From positions 448,001 to 512,000 of the forward strand of contig CAVPIW010000006.1 of the NCBI GenBank assembly GCA_963705105.1: a DNA stretch of 64,000 nucleotides. The letters are read 5' to 3'. Positions 38,314 to 49,357 of the stretch are shown here, piece after piece. How positions within the stretch are numbered: the stretch's first letter is position 1; the number at the start of each line of letters is the position of its first letter. The stretch is from an uncultured Nitrospiraceae bacterium. GTDB lineage: Bacteria > Nitrospirota > Thermodesulfovibrionia > Thermodesulfovibrionales > Dissulfurispiraceae. The position numbers and the translations under genes are program-made. The notes beneath the pieces are model-generated. The model saw nothing but the letters and a program-made list of their open reading frames with translations, made no database searches and was not told where the DNA came from.

Positions 38314-40981
38314 GGCCCAGGCTGAAATGGATTTCACCGGAACTCTCTCCGTTCTCCCTGTCCAACTTGTGACCGTAATCTACTCTGAGCGGCCCCACAG
38401 GCGTGTTGTACCGCAGGCCGATGCCCACAGTGTACTTGATGTCACCGATTTTCATGTCCTCCACGAGCTGCCAAACATTTCCACCGTCGAGGAACGTCAC
38501 GATGCCGAACCCCTTTCCCACATCCGTGCGCACCTCGATGTTTCCCATGAGGAACGCGTTTCCGCCCGTCGGGTTGCCGTCACTGCCTTTCGGTCCCAGC
38601 TCGTCCTGGTCATACCCTCTCACAGTCGTCCTGCCGCCCAGGAAAAACCTCTCGACGATGGGGAGCTCCTTCGTGTCGCCGAACCCCGTTGCCAGTCCTC
38701 CCCTCAGGGAGAGTGCGAGCACGAAACGGTCACTGAGCTTCAGATAGGTATTCCCGAACGCCGAGAGCTTGATGAATTCCGTTTCCGAGAGAAAGAGCTT
38801 CGACGTGATCTTGCATGAAAGCCCTGCGAAGACGCCCTTCTGCGGTGCAAAGGGGTTATCACGGGTGTCGTAGAGCAATCCCGGCCGGAAGCCGCTGATC
38901 ACCTGGGTGCCCACGTCGTTTCTGCTCAGGATGACGTCGGGCTGGACGTCATAGGTCTTCACAACGGAAAAATCATAGTAGAGTTCCGCGTCATACTTCT
39001 CCCTGATTTTTTTCATCACGCCCGCACTTGCCAGGGCCCGCTCCGACCGGTAGAGCACATCCCGTGAATCGATGTTCACTTCCTCCTTCTTCTCATAAAG
39101 GAGCAGGGCTTTGAAGGGTAGCTTCCGGTCCATGAACCAGGGCTCCGTGTAGGACAGCGTCAGCCTCTGCAGAAGGGAGCTCAGCTCCGTCCTGAACGAT
39201 ACCTGCCTGTTCATGCCCCCGAGGTTCCTGTACGAGACGTCGAAAAACCCCCTTAGCCGCTCATACTCGGCATAGCCGACGGCGAAGTCGACGGTGCCGG
39301 CCGGGGACTCCCGGAGACGGTAGATGACGTCCTTTCTGTCTCCTTCCGCATCCTGGGGCACAACGTCGATATCGCTGAACAGCCCGAGTTTCTGGAGGCT
39401 GTGGCGATCCTTCAGGAGCAGTCCGAAATCGTAAGGGTTGCCTTCGCGGTGCTGGAACTCCCTCGTGATGACCTTCAGTTTCGTCTGGTCGTTTCCGACG
39501 ACGATTGTCTTGCCGAAACGAAGCGGCGTCCCCTCGGTGATGCGGAACCTGAGGGAAGCGCCGTCATCATGCATGTCCCGTTCGACGTCGACCCGCACAT
39601 CAAGAAATCCCTTTTTGTCGTACAGGTCGTCGATCCTTGCCCGTGCCTCGGCGATGTCAACGTCGTTGTAAGGGCTCCCTTCCCGGATGGAAATGGCGCT
39701 CCTGATCTCGGCGTCGGAGACGGACCGGTTTCCCGACAGGGCGATCTCCCTGACCGTCATCTGGATGCCCTCCCTGACGGTGTAGTGGATCGAAACCTCG
39801 GCGTTGTCCATAGATATCTCGGGTTCCGGCACTTCGACCCGCAGGTATCCGAGGGCGCGGTAAAACTCTTCCAGTGTCTGCCTGTCCCGCTCCATGAGGT
39901 CCGGGTTGTATCGTTGCCCGGGCCGGTTGGCCAGAGTCGCCCTCAGCCTTTCCTGGTTGATGGAGGCGCCGGTGAATGTGACGGAGGAGACGCTGTTCTT
40001 TTCTCCCTCGAAGAGGAAAAAAGTGATATCGATCCCGTCGTCACGAAGGACCGTGATCGGCGTCACCTGCGCGAAGGCGTATCCCTTGTCGTGATACAAA
40101 GCGAGGAGGCGCCCCGCCGTCTCTTCCAGCAGGTCGTTGCTGTAATCGTTGATCTCGAAAAAGGGCACTTCCTTCCGCAGGCGGCCCGACGAAAAGACGG
40201 TATTCCCCTCGAAATTGACGACCAGCCTCTGGCCCCTCATGAGCGTAATGTCCAACATGCCGTCGGTGAACAGGTACGTGAGGGTCGTTTTGACGAAACC
40301 CTCTTTCTTGTAATATTTCATCACCTTTTCCGCAGTGGCTTCCATCTTGGTGGCATCATAGACGTCCCCGGCGGACAGTTTCAGATAGGAGGAGACGACG
40401 TCGTCAGGTTCGGAGATCGTGATTTTTCCGATCACGTCGGGCTGGCCCTCCCGGACCGTCACATGAAGGGCCGTGGCCGATGGTCCAAGGGGCTTCAGAT
40501 CATAGGTGACGGCGGCCCGGCTGTATCCCCTCACGGCCATTTCCCGCGCCAGCTTCGCCATGGCAGCGGCAAGGCGCCGGTGAGACAGGCGTTCTCCCTT
40601 TTCAACGGTCAGGTTCTTCCTGAGGAAGCGCGTCGAGAAATATTCATTACCCGCAATTTCGATCGACCCGATGACGGGTCTTTCCCTGACGGTGATAAGG
40701 AGGCGGTCCTTCGCTTCATCGGGCATCTCGATCGTGATGTCATCAAAAATGCCCTTGAGGTATGCTCTCCGAAGCCCCGCCCTGAGGGCAGCCCTGTCGA
40801 TGCTCCGACCCCGCGCGATACCGAGGAGGTAGAGCAGCTCCTCCTCAGAAATCGACGTAAGTCCCCTGATTTCGATGACAGCGGGCACGGTCTCCGGCGC
40901 ATGGACAGGCTCGTCGGCGGCAGCCCGATGAGGGAAGGCAAGGATGAGGCAGGCGATGAGAAGAAAGAGCCGGGGTATCAT
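38303..40981 (-). CDS. bamA: Omp85 family outer-membrane assembly protein (BamA/TamA) with multiple POTRA domains
   Basis: Repeated POTRA units (GN..LY..GY/F), RFFLGG, VRGY, TPVGPLRVDYG, terminal F. Confidence 0.85.
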   Translation of the reverse strand: MIPRLFLLIACLILAFPHRAAADEPVHAPETVPAVIEIRGLTSISEEELLYLLGIARGRSIDRAALRAGLRRAYLKGIFDDITIEMPDEAKDRLLITVRERPVIGSIEIAGNEYFSTRFLRKNLTVEKGERLSHRRLAAAMAKLAREMAVRGYSRAAVTYDLKPLGPSATALHVTVREGQPDVIGKITISEPDDVVSSYLKLSAGDVYDATKMEATAEKVMKYYKKEGFVKTTLTYLFTDGMLDITLMRGQRLVVNFEGNTVFSSGRLRKEVPFFEINDYSNDLLEETAGRLLALYHDKGYAFAQVTPITVLRDDGIDITFFLFEGEKNSVSSVTFTGASINQERLRATLANRPGQRYNPDLMERDRQTLEEFYRALGYLRVEVPEPEISMDNAEVSIHYTVREGIQMTVREIALSGNRSVSDAEIRSAISIREGSPYNDVDIAEARARIDDLYDKKGFLDVRVDVERDMHDDGASLRFRITEGTPLRFGKTIVVGNDQTKLKVITREFQHREGNPYDFGLLLKDRHSLQKLGLFSDIDVVPQDAEGDRKDVIYRLRESPAGTVDFAVGYAEYERLRGFFDVSYRNLGGMNRQVSFRTELSSLLQRLTLSYTEPWFMDRKLPFKALLLYEKKEEVNIDSRDVLYRSERALASAGVMKKIREKYDAELYYDFSVVKTYDVQPDVILSRNDVGTQVISGFRPGLLYDTRDNPFAPQKGVFAGLSCKITSKLFLSETEFIKLSAFGNTYLKLSDRFVLALSLRGGLATGFGDTKELPIVERFFLGGRTTVRGYDQDELGPKGSDGNPTGGNAFLMGNIEVRTDVGKGFGIVTFLDGGNVWQLVEDMKIGDIKYTVGIGLRYNTPVGPLRVDYGHKLDRENGESSGEIHFSLGHAF

Positions 40982-43900
40982 TTGAACTGGAACCTGAACT
41001 TGACGTCACCGCCGATCCCCCCCCGTTCATCCCGAAGGCCTATGAGCGATACGTTTTTTGACAGGAAATACTCGAGTTTCCAGATCTGCTCCTCACCCGT
41101 CGTAACGGTTGTACTGTATGTCACATAGAGCTTATCCTCGAGGAGCCTCTTCGAAACGGTCACCATGGGACTCACCTCTCCTGTTCTCCTTGACACATAA
41201 CTGTCGACGGTCACCCGGTCGAGACCGGTGATGGTCCTGACGCGCTCATCGAAGAGGCCCTGCATCTCACCGGCGAGGAACGACGTCGCCCGTCCGGTAC
41301 TGATGCCCCCCTGCACACCCTGCAATTCCTTGCCCGTCTGGCCGACGGTGAGGAGGCTGAATATCTCCGCTTCTTCGAGGGGAGGGTCCGCAGAGAGGGT
41401 AAGATTGAACTTTTCCATATACCCGTCGAGACCCAGCCGGACCGTATAGGGCGAGACGGACGTCTCGGCGAGCACATCGATATAGGGGTCGATCTTCTTG
41501 GGATTGGCAAAATCGAGAGTCGCCCTGATCAGTTTGAACTCCCTGTTCTGGAAATACACGACCCCCTCCTTCGTCTCCGCCTTTCCGAGGATGACAGGCC
41601 GGCCGATGGTGCCCCTCACGAGGCCGTCCGCCGAGACGTTCACACGGGCCAGGTTGTTGTCGATCAGAAGGTTGCTGCCCGTCACCTTCACGCTGAGCTG
41701 TGTCGCGTCGAGCTTCGTCATTTCCCTCTGCACCTTTTCCGGCGCCCGGGCCTTGAAAATCCAGCTCTTCCAGTCGACGCGCTCCGTGTATCGGGCGCGC
41801 TTGACGGCGACGTCCCCGATGAGCGTCTGCGCCTCCCCCCTGCCCTGAAAGACGAGGTTGCCGTCGAGACTGATCCAGAAGTCCTTCGACAGGGAAGCGG
41901 TGACGTCGCTGAAGCGTGTCTCGATATAGAATCTCCTGATATTGAAGTCCTCAAGATTGGCCGTTCCCTTGAAAGTCACATCGCCTCCCGAAAATCTGCC
42001 TGAGGCCCTTTCTATGACGATTTTTCCTTCGTCCATATAAATGTATCCATTGATAGACGTCAGCCGCTGCGGGACGCTCTTGAGGCCCAGTGTGCCGTTG
42101 GCGATGTCGAGACCGCCGTTTATTCCGGGTTTCTCCCAGGGTCCCGTCACGGCGACGACGAAAGTGACGTTGCCCTTGAGCACGTCCACCGATTTGGAAA
42201 AGGCCCGGAGAGGGGCCAGCGAGGACGACCCCTCGAAATGGAGATCGAACTGTTTTCCTACCGTCGTGGTTCCGCTGACCCTGAATTCCGTCGTGTCGCT
42301 CCTGAGTCCGAAATTTTCGACAAAGAGCTTCCTGTCCTCGATCCTGAGCGAAACGGGCGCACTGTTCGTGAAAGCGTTGCCGTAGAGCGTCAGATGGGCT
42401 CTCTCGATGCGCGCAACGGCGCTGAGGTGATTCCTGTTGCCGCTCGCCCTGACGGTGCCGTTGAGGTTGATCAGGAGGTCTTCGGGTGCCTCTTTCAGCA
42501 TGCCCTCGACGAGAAAGTCATACCGTGCCGACTGCATTTCGGCGAAAGCCTTCCAGGGGAGCTCATCGGTCAGATCGGCTTCTCCTTTCACCCGGACCTT
42601 GCCGTCGAGCAGGTGGCCGCTCCCCTCCAGATGCTTGCCCCGGAGCGAAGCACTGACACCTCCCTTACCGAGAGAACGGCCCTGATATCTCCACTCCCGC
42701 AAGTCGGCAGACGCATCGATCACAGGGTCGGCGAAGGGTCCCTCTCCGCGGATGCGGACGTTCGAGAGGGTCATCGCACCGACGGGGCCGTCCTTCAGGC
42801 GCTCCATCGCCCGGGCCGGTACGAGGTCGGCAACATCGACGGTACCCCCCTCGACGGCAAGGGAGAATGTCTTGTCGAGGGAGATCGTCCCCTGGCCGGC
42901 CAGGACCGATCGTCCCTTGGCGAGGCGGAGGTCCGAAAAGATGAACCTCCGGGCATCATATCTCACGTGAGCCGATGCCTCCGACGTCGTCAGGACATCT
43001 CCATAGGCGAATTTCAGCGCCCGTATCTTTCCCGCAGTTTTCAGCGCCACCGGTCTTCCCGTGATCCTGAATTCGCCGTCGGCCGAGCCGGACAGGGCAG
43101 GCCCTCCGTCGAAGGCGGAGGCGACGGCCCCGACGTCCGCGTTGCTGAAGGCGATCGTCAGGTTATAGTCAGGTTTTGCCACATCGAAAAGGGCCTTCGC
43201 TTCGGGAAAGGAGACAGTGCCCGTGGCGCGGTATTCCTCCTTCCCGGCAGAGGCGACGGCCTGGTCGACCTTGAGGAGATTTTTGCGGTACGCGACCGTC
43301 CCGCTGAACGTATCGAAGGCGTATGATTTGTCGAGCAGCACATCACGCATATCCAGCTTCCCCGTCATGAAGACCATCGACCTCCCCTGAAAACGGGCGG
43401 ACAGGAGCGGGTCGGCAAGGGGCCCTTCCACGGACAGGGAGAACGATGCGGGCCCGGACAGGGCGGTGAAATAGGGCGCCGAAAAGTCGGCCACGTCCCG
43501 GGATGCGCCGTTCGCGGTGAACGAGAGAGCGGACGCCTTCAGGTCGACGGTACCGGCCCCCTCAAGCTGCGATTTCTCGGACGCGACGCTGAGGCGGGGG
43601 AAGCGTATCAGTTCGTCGCTCATCCTGTAGTTGAAATCACCGCTGACGGCTGCGACCCTGCCGAGGATATCCTTGCCCTTTGTCCTGCCCGCATAGGTGA
43701 AGCGTCCCTCGGGGCTGAAGTCGTGACCTGACGAGTAAAGCTCGCCCGTGACCTTGCCGTCCGGTATGCCCGGGTCCCAGTTGATCAGCTTGAAGATGCC
43801 CTTGCTGTCCACGTCCCGGACGGCGACGCGGAGGGTAAAGGTGTCGACGACGGGCAGCCTGATCGAGGCCTCCGCCTCGGCCGACCCGTTGTACAGGCGG

Positions 43901-44982
43901 GCCTTCCCCTTTTCGAATTTCATGGTCCTTTCGCGGTACGTCACATTGCAGGTCAGGTGGTCCACGTCGACGGTGTAGAGGTTTCCCTTTTTCAGGACCG
44001 CCGTGCCCTCGCCGACAGGGTCGTTCAGGCGGCCCGTGATTTTCCCGTCGACGGAGAGAGAACCACTGAGCGGCTCCGTCACCTTCAGCGTCTCCATGAG
44101 CGTTTCGAGGTAGAAGTCGCCCTTGACGGCGAGATCGAGGATAATCCCCTTGAGACCGTCCCGGATCTGATCGATCTTCACGCTGCCTTTGGCGGTGAGC
44201 CTGCCGTCGCCGGGGCCTTTGAGGCCGAAGAAACGCTTCAGCGTCTCCATGAAAAAATCGATCTCGACCTGGAGCTGCCCTGCCAGGTCCTCCTTGCCGA
44301 CTCCGCCCGTCGTCGTCAGGGTTGATTGATGGGCCAGTATTTTGAGGTTCCTGACGTTGATGTTCTTTTCGTCAACGACGAGATAGGTGTCGACCATCCC
44401 GTGAAACTCGGGCATGCCTTCGCGGAAAAGGGCGATGTCCTTTGTCGAGAGCCTCACCCTCGGCTCCTTTCCCAGGATGACCTGGGCGTTCAACCCCGTT
44501 GCCGCAGCTTTTGACGAGGCGTCCGAAACGGACAGGTCCGCTCCGGAAAGGTCGATGGACTTGATGACGACTTTGAACGGCGTCTCTTTCTCTTCCCTGA
44601 GATAGGCCTTCACATGACCGATGATCTCCTCCAGGACCGGCCTGGCGACGTCGATCCGGGGCTTCCTGATCACGAGCCGCCGCAGGGTGATTTCCCTGTT
44701 CACGAGACCCGAAAGGGCTGCATAGGCCTTGACGCTCTCCGCGGCGAGGATGGTGTTGCCGCCGACGTCAACGGCCTTTATGTCGCGGGCCTCCACGAAA
44801 AGAGGCACGATGCTGAGGGACATGCGGCCGGCGCTGAAGCGCTGACCCGTCATCTTTTCGAGCTCCGGCAAAACGATGTCCGCCGTCGAGCGCGGCAGGG
44901 GAAGACCGCCCGAGAGGGCGAGCACCGCGCCCACGATGACGACGACAGCCGCAGCGATTGCCCAGCGTGCCGGTTTTTTCAC
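40978..44982 (-). CDS. tamB: Translocation and assembly module TamB / AsmA-like protein
   Basis: 1334 aa, N-terminal anchor, beta-rich body, C-terminal LSADPPL..SLL and amphipathic end; coupled to Omp85 gene. Confidence 0.85.
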   Translation of the reverse strand: MKKPARWAIAAAVVVIVGAVLALSGGLPLPRSTADIVLPELEKMTGQRFSAGRMSLSIVPLFVEARDIKAVDVGGNTILAAESVKAYAALSGLVNREITLRRLVIRKPRIDVARPVLEEIIGHVKAYLREEKETPFKVVIKSIDLSGADLSVSDASSKAAATGLNAQVILGKEPRVRLSTKDIALFREGMPEFHGMVDTYLVVDEKNINVRNLKILAHQSTLTTTGGVGKEDLAGQLQVEIDFFMETLKRFFGLKGPGDGRLTAKGSVKIDQIRDGLKGIILDLAVKGDFYLETLMETLKVTEPLSGSLSVDGKITGRLNDPVGEGTAVLKKGNLYTVDVDHLTCNVTYRERTMKFEKGKARLYNGSAEAEASIRLPVVDTFTLRVAVRDVDSKGIFKLINWDPGIPDGKVTGELYSSGHDFSPEGRFTYAGRTKGKDILGRVAAVSGDFNYRMSDELIRFPRLSVASEKSQLEGAGTVDLKASALSFTANGASRDVADFSAPYFTALSGPASFSLSVEGPLADPLLSARFQGRSMVFMTGKLDMRDVLLDKSYAFDTFSGTVAYRKNLLKVDQAVASAGKEEYRATGTVSFPEAKALFDVAKPDYNLTIAFSNADVGAVASAFDGGPALSGSADGEFRITGRPVALKTAGKIRALKFAYGDVLTTSEASAHVRYDARRFIFSDLRLAKGRSVLAGQGTISLDKTFSLAVEGGTVDVADLVPARAMERLKDGPVGAMTLSNVRIRGEGPFADPVIDASADLREWRYQGRSLGKGGVSASLRGKHLEGSGHLLDGKVRVKGEADLTDELPWKAFAEMQSARYDFLVEGMLKEAPEDLLINLNGTVRASGNRNHLSAVARIERAHLTLYGNAFTNSAPVSLRIEDRKLFVENFGLRSDTTEFRVSGTTTVGKQFDLHFEGSSSLAPLRAFSKSVDVLKGNVTFVVAVTGPWEKPGINGGLDIANGTLGLKSVPQRLTSINGYIYMDEGKIVIERASGRFSGGDVTFKGTANLEDFNIRRFYIETRFSDVTASLSKDFWISLDGNLVFQGRGEAQTLIGDVAVKRARYTERVDWKSWIFKARAPEKVQREMTKLDATQLSVKVTGSNLLIDNNLARVNVSADGLVRGTIGRPVILGKAETKEGVVYFQNREFKLIRATLDFANPKKIDPYIDVLAETSVSPYTVRLGLDGYMEKFNLTLSADPPLEEAEIFSLLTVGQTGKELQGVQGGISTGRATSFLAGEMQGLFDERVRTITGLDRVTVDSYVSRRTGEVSPMVTVSKRLLEDKLYVTYSTTVTTGEEQIWKLEYFLSKNVSLIGLRDERGGIGGDVKFRFQFK

Positions 44983-47489
44983 GGGATCATGTCATGGAGG
45001 GCCGCAAGCATCGTCAGGATGTGCTCACCTTCGAGCTTGCCCCCCCGGTGTTGCAGGTAAAAGACATCGTGGACGACTCCCTCCTCCGTATTGATGACGG
45101 CTGACACAATATCGGCGTTATTCAGCGAAAAGCGGCTCGCCGCGTCGTGAAGGAGGCCGATCCTGTCCGTCAGCAGCAGTTCACAGATTGTATAATGCGC
45201 CGACGACTCATTGTCGATTTCGAGAAAACTCTCGAAAATGCCGTGGCTCTGCGGGCCGCCGTGGGCCCTCCTCCGGGGCGCTTCCGTCAGCGGCAGCGTT
45301 ATGGCCCGGTTCACCCCGTCCCTCACATCCTTCTCCAGTCCTTCCCACCACAGGTCCCTCCAGTTCGACAGGATGATCCTGTCCACGACGAGGCCGCTCT
45401 TTCCCGTGAAGAGACGGGCCCTGAGCACATTCAGCCCCTTCGTGCTCAGCACCCCCACGAGACGCGCGAAGAGGCCCGGCAGATCATAGGTGATAAATGT
45501 CAGCTCCGCCGTCCCGTCGGGCTGCTCACTGACAGACAGGAGAACTCTGTCAGGACCGGCGTCCTTCGAGAGGAGATGATCATTCCTGATGGCATCGATG
45601 GAATGGGTCAGGCGATACCTCTCAGGCATATCTTCAATGAAGACCCTCAGGTCGCCGTCATGGAGCTCCAGGTAGGCCCTGTCCGCCCCCCGGATATGGT
45701 CCATCGTCCTCATGAAGAGGTCCCGCAGGAGATAGGCCTTCCACTCCGTCCAGAAATGGGGGTTGACGGCGTGCATATCGGCATAGGTGACGAGATAAAG
45801 CGCCTTCAGGTTCTCCTCGTTCTCCACCGTGTCGGCAAGACGCATCACCGTCTCTGGATCGTCCGTGTCCCTCGTGAGGGCGAGCTTCGACAGGAGGATG
45901 TGGTTTTTGACGAGGAATTCGATCATCCGCCTGTCGTCACGATCGAGGCCGAAACGCTCGAGCACCCCTTTCAGGAGCCTGTACCCCTCCTCCTCGTGCC
46001 TCCTGAGGCTCCCCTTGCCGATGTCGTGCATGAGGATCGACAGATAGAGGACCTCCTGCTTCATCTCCCCGAGGAATTCGGCGAGGTACTGCAGCTTCTG
46101 GTCTTTCGTCTTTTTCAGGGCCTCGAGGCTTTTCAACGCGACGAGAGTGTGCTGATCAACGGTAAAGCGATGGAAGGGCTCGTAGATGACAAGGTGCCGG
46201 AGCCGTCCGAATTCGGGGATGAACCGGTCGAGGATGTTCGTCTCATGCATCTCCGTCAGCGTCTCGTAGACCCTGTCGCTCGACAGGACCCTGAGAAAAT
46301 GGCGGATTGCCTGCCGGGACGTGCGGGTCCTCCTGTTGACATGGAGGAAGGCGTGCCTGATCCACTCTTTCAACTGGCGGCTGAAGGGCCTGCCTGTCTG
46401 CGCGTAGACGGCGAAGGCCTCGATGATCGTGTCTCCGTCTCTGAGCACGGACCGGTCCTTGACGGTGATTTCGTTCTTCGAGACGTAATAATCGCGGGTG
46501 ACCCGCCGCACGCTCCAGAGGGCGGGCATGGAGATGAAGCGGGTGCTGCAGAGGGTCCTCGTCCTGGAAAGGGCTTCCATGATACCCAACGCTTTCCTGT
46601 AAAAGAGCCTGAGCATGATCTCACCGGCGAGAAACCGCATCGTGTTCCTGAACCCGAGGGTTTCAGCGACGGCGTCATGGAACTCGAAGGCGAGGACGTC
46701 GTTTTTTCGCCTCGAAAGGGCGTGCAGGGCAAGCCGCATTTTGAGGAGGAAGTCATAGGCCCTCGTGACATGACGGAAGTCCCTTTCCGACAGGATATTG
46801 AGCCTCACCATCTCATGAGGATCATGAACGCGCAGCACAACCCTCAGGAGCCAAGAGATGGTCTGAAAATCCCGCAGCCCTCCCCTTCCCTCCTTAAGGT
46901 TCGGCTCCAGGAGATAGACCGACTCCCCGTAGGTCCTGTATCGCCGTTCCACTTCACGGAGGATGGTGCTGACGAAATCCCTCTTCCCCTTGTGGACGAG
47001 TTTCTGGAGCACATCTTCCCTGAATTCGCGGAAGACCTCCCAGTTGCCCGCCAGAAAACGGGCGTCGATGAGGGTTGTCCGTGTCTGGAGATCACTGATG
47101 CCGTCTTCCACGCACTCCCTGAGGGTCCTGAAACTGTGGCTTATATTGATGCCCCTGTCCCAGAGACGGTAGAAAAAAGATTCCGCCGTCCCTGTCGTCG
47201 CGTCATCGCGGGTCCTCGCGACGACCATGAGATCGATATCGGAAAAGGGGGCGAGTTCACGGCGCCCGTATCCGCCGACGGCGAGAACGGCACAGAGATA
47301 GGGCGAACCCGTGGCGCCGCGCCGTTCGGGCTCCCCGGGGACATCCTGTCCCGTTCGTCCGTCATAAGCGGCCATGACCATGCCGTCCATGGTGTCGGAA
47401 AGCAGGCGGGAAGCGGTCACGCCGTCATAGCCGAGGCGGATGAAATCGAGGGCCCTTCCGCAGAGTTGTTCGGTCACGGATGGTTTCAT
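44979..47489 (-). CDS. glnD: [Protein-PII] uridylyltransferase
   Basis: AVGGYGRRELAPFSDIDL, EPNLKEGRGGLRD, HRFTVDQH, HDIGKG, two ACT domains. Confidence 0.95.
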   Translation of the reverse strand: MKPSVTEQLCGRALDFIRLGYDGVTASRLLSDTMDGMVMAAYDGRTGQDVPGEPERRGATGSPYLCAVLAVGGYGRRELAPFSDIDLMVVARTRDDATTGTAESFFYRLWDRGINISHSFRTLRECVEDGISDLQTRTTLIDARFLAGNWEVFREFREDVLQKLVHKGKRDFVSTILREVERRYRTYGESVYLLEPNLKEGRGGLRDFQTISWLLRVVLRVHDPHEMVRLNILSERDFRHVTRAYDFLLKMRLALHALSRRKNDVLAFEFHDAVAETLGFRNTMRFLAGEIMLRLFYRKALGIMEALSRTRTLCSTRFISMPALWSVRRVTRDYYVSKNEITVKDRSVLRDGDTIIEAFAVYAQTGRPFSRQLKEWIRHAFLHVNRRTRTSRQAIRHFLRVLSSDRVYETLTEMHETNILDRFIPEFGRLRHLVIYEPFHRFTVDQHTLVALKSLEALKKTKDQKLQYLAEFLGEMKQEVLYLSILMHDIGKGSLRRHEEEGYRLLKGVLERFGLDRDDRRMIEFLVKNHILLSKLALTRDTDDPETVMRLADTVENEENLKALYLVTYADMHAVNPHFWTEWKAYLLRDLFMRTMDHIRGADRAYLELHDGDLRVFIEDMPERYRLTHSIDAIRNDHLLSKDAGPDRVLLSVSEQPDGTAELTFITYDLPGLFARLVGVLSTKGLNVLRARLFTGKSGLVVDRIILSNWRDLWWEGLEKDVRDGVNRAITLPLTEAPRRRAHGGPQSHGIFESFLEIDNESSAHYTICELLLTDRIGLLHDAASRFSLNNADIVSAVINTEEGVVHDVFYLQHRGGKLEGEHILTMLAALHDMIP

Positions 47490-47814
47490 GGTCAACGGTT
47501 ACGGTTCATAGCAGTCATAGCGGCAGATCGGGATTAAATTGTATAGACTACCACGGCGGGCGATGAGAAAGATAGGGTTGCATCAGCGACAAGCGCAACA
47601 TTCTCCACGTCTTGCCGGGGACTTTTTCTATCCGCACCGTCGAATCTCCGGGCTGCCATCGATAGACCAAAGAGGTGTGATATCGGGGGTTTGAAAGAAT
47701 GTCAGGCATGAAAGCGACGCGGAAGATCTTGCGGTGACAGTCCCTGATGTCCCTGAGATTTGCCGCCTTTTTTGTGCAACCCTTCGCCCTCATGTTTTAT
47801 CAAACAGGCATAAG

Positions 47815-47859
47815 CATACCTTGCAATTTTGAACTATTTATGCTAAATTGCAAGGTATG
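47815..47859 (+). promoter_or_regulatory. 15-bp inverted repeat overlapping promoter and start codon of the ATPase
   Basis: CATACCTTGCAATTT-N15-AAATTGCAAGGTATG; contains TTGCAA-N17-TAAATT. Confidence 0.6.
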
Positions 47860-49026
47860 AAATATAGAGAGAGATCGTGCAGCGATCGTCTGCGCTTCCT
47901 CCTCAGATCTTTTCCGGCAGTCCTTCTCGTGGGACCGAGACAATGCGGCAAGAGCACACTTGCGCGCCACACCCTTCCGAAATGGACACACCTCGATCTC
48001 GAACGCCCGTCCGATTTTGCCATGCTGACGACCGATCTGGAAGGCTTTTTCGACACGCGCTCCCGCTCGGTTGCAATCGACGAGGCCCAACGCCTGCCGG
48101 AGATATTTGCCACCCTGCGCCATGTCATTGATCGTTCGAAAGGAATGGGGCGGTTTCTCCTTCTGGGCTCGGCGAGCCCCGCCCTCATGCGCTCGGTCTC
48201 TGAGACTCTGGCCGGACGGATAGCGTTGCTGGAACTCACTCCCTTCCTCGCATCGGAGATGTCGGGCACTGCCCGGGATGGTGACCGCTGGTTCTGGGGT
48301 GGGTTCCCCCCGATCCACGCCCTCAGGGAATCGCGCGCACGCAGCGAATGGTTCAATGCCTATGTCTCAACCTTCCTCGAGCGGGATCTGCCCGTCCTCG
48401 GACTGGGATTGCCCGTTCGGCGGCTGCGCACGCTGTGGACTATGCTGACCCATATCCATGGCAACCTTTTAAACGTGTCCGACCTTGCCCGGTCCCTTGC
48501 CGTGTCTTCCCATACGGTGGTCGGGGACCTCGACGTCCTGGAGGGCGCCTATATGATCAGGCGGCTCCAGCCATTTCATGCCAATGTGCAGAAGCGTCTC
48601 ACAAAAAGTCCGAAGCTCTATGTGAGGGACACGGGCCTGCTGCATTTCCTGGGCGGTCTGCGTAGGCCGCAGGAGCTGACGACGTGGAGCAGGCGCGGCG
48701 CTTCCTTCGAAGGACTGGTTATTGAGGAACTGGCAGCGCTCGCCGCCCGGAGGCTGGTCCGTCCCGAGATCTTCTTCTGGCGGACACAGGCAGGAGCGGA
48801 GGTCGACCTGATGATCGTCGAAGGGAGGCGTATTTTACCGGTGAAGATCAAACTCGGAGCCGCTGTGGACCAATACGCCGTGGCCGGACTGCGACAGTGC
48901 ATGAAGGACCTCGGGCTCAGCAGGGGATGGGTGATCACGACGGCACGGGAGCGTCAGCGTTTATCTGCCGGCATCGAAATCATCCCATGGGACGACGTCG
49001 CATCAGGCCGGATCGACCTCTTCTGA
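47857..49026 (+). CDS. AAA_14 ATPase with DUF4143 domain
   Basis: GPRQCGKS, IDEAQ, LLGS, ETLAGR, GGFP, KSPKLYVRDTG, WRT..EVDL. Confidence 0.92.
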   Translation: MKYRERSCSDRLRFLLRSFPAVLLVGPRQCGKSTLARHTLPKWTHLDLERPSDFAMLTTDLEGFFDTRSRSVAIDEAQRLPEIFATLRHVIDRSKGMGRFLLLGSASPALMRSVSETLAGRIALLELTPFLASEMSGTARDGDRWFWGGFPPIHALRESRARSEWFNAYVSTFLERDLPVLGLGLPVRRLRTLWTMLTHIHGNLLNVSDLARSLAVSSHTVVGDLDVLEGAYMIRRLQPFHANVQKRLTKSPKLYVRDTGLLHFLGGLRRPQELTTWSRRGASFEGLVIEELAALAARRLVRPEIFFWRTQAGAEVDLMIVEGRRILPVKIKLGAAVDQYAVAGLRQCMKDLGLSRGWVITTARERQRLSAGIEIIPWDDVASGRIDLF

Positions 49027-49357
49027 AGTCTCAGGCTCGGCGCCGGCATACCCTGCTTTCCTCAGTGCATCGATCTGATCATCGAGAGGGCTGAGGCCGA
49101 TCGTGCCGGTGTTGCCGCTTCCCCCAAAACCTATACCGCCGACAATCTCGACTTTTGAACTGATCATCTTTTCGCATTTCTTCGGCTGCATTTTGGCCTT
49201 CACCCGCAGTTTTCCTTGTGTCCGCATTTGTCGCGCGTGAGCATTTCCATCATGGTGAGTGTCCTTCTTGCTTATCGGAGATTTAACCGGCTTGCTGAGT
49301 GTTCGCGCTGCCTGAATCCGCTCACCGCTCCGGTATGTGTCTGGCGTCGATGGTGTA

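Noticed and set aside
49030..49255. Possible degraded small zinc-ribbon gene on the minus strand
   Set aside because: Needs frameshifts and substitutions to reconstruct; too weak to call
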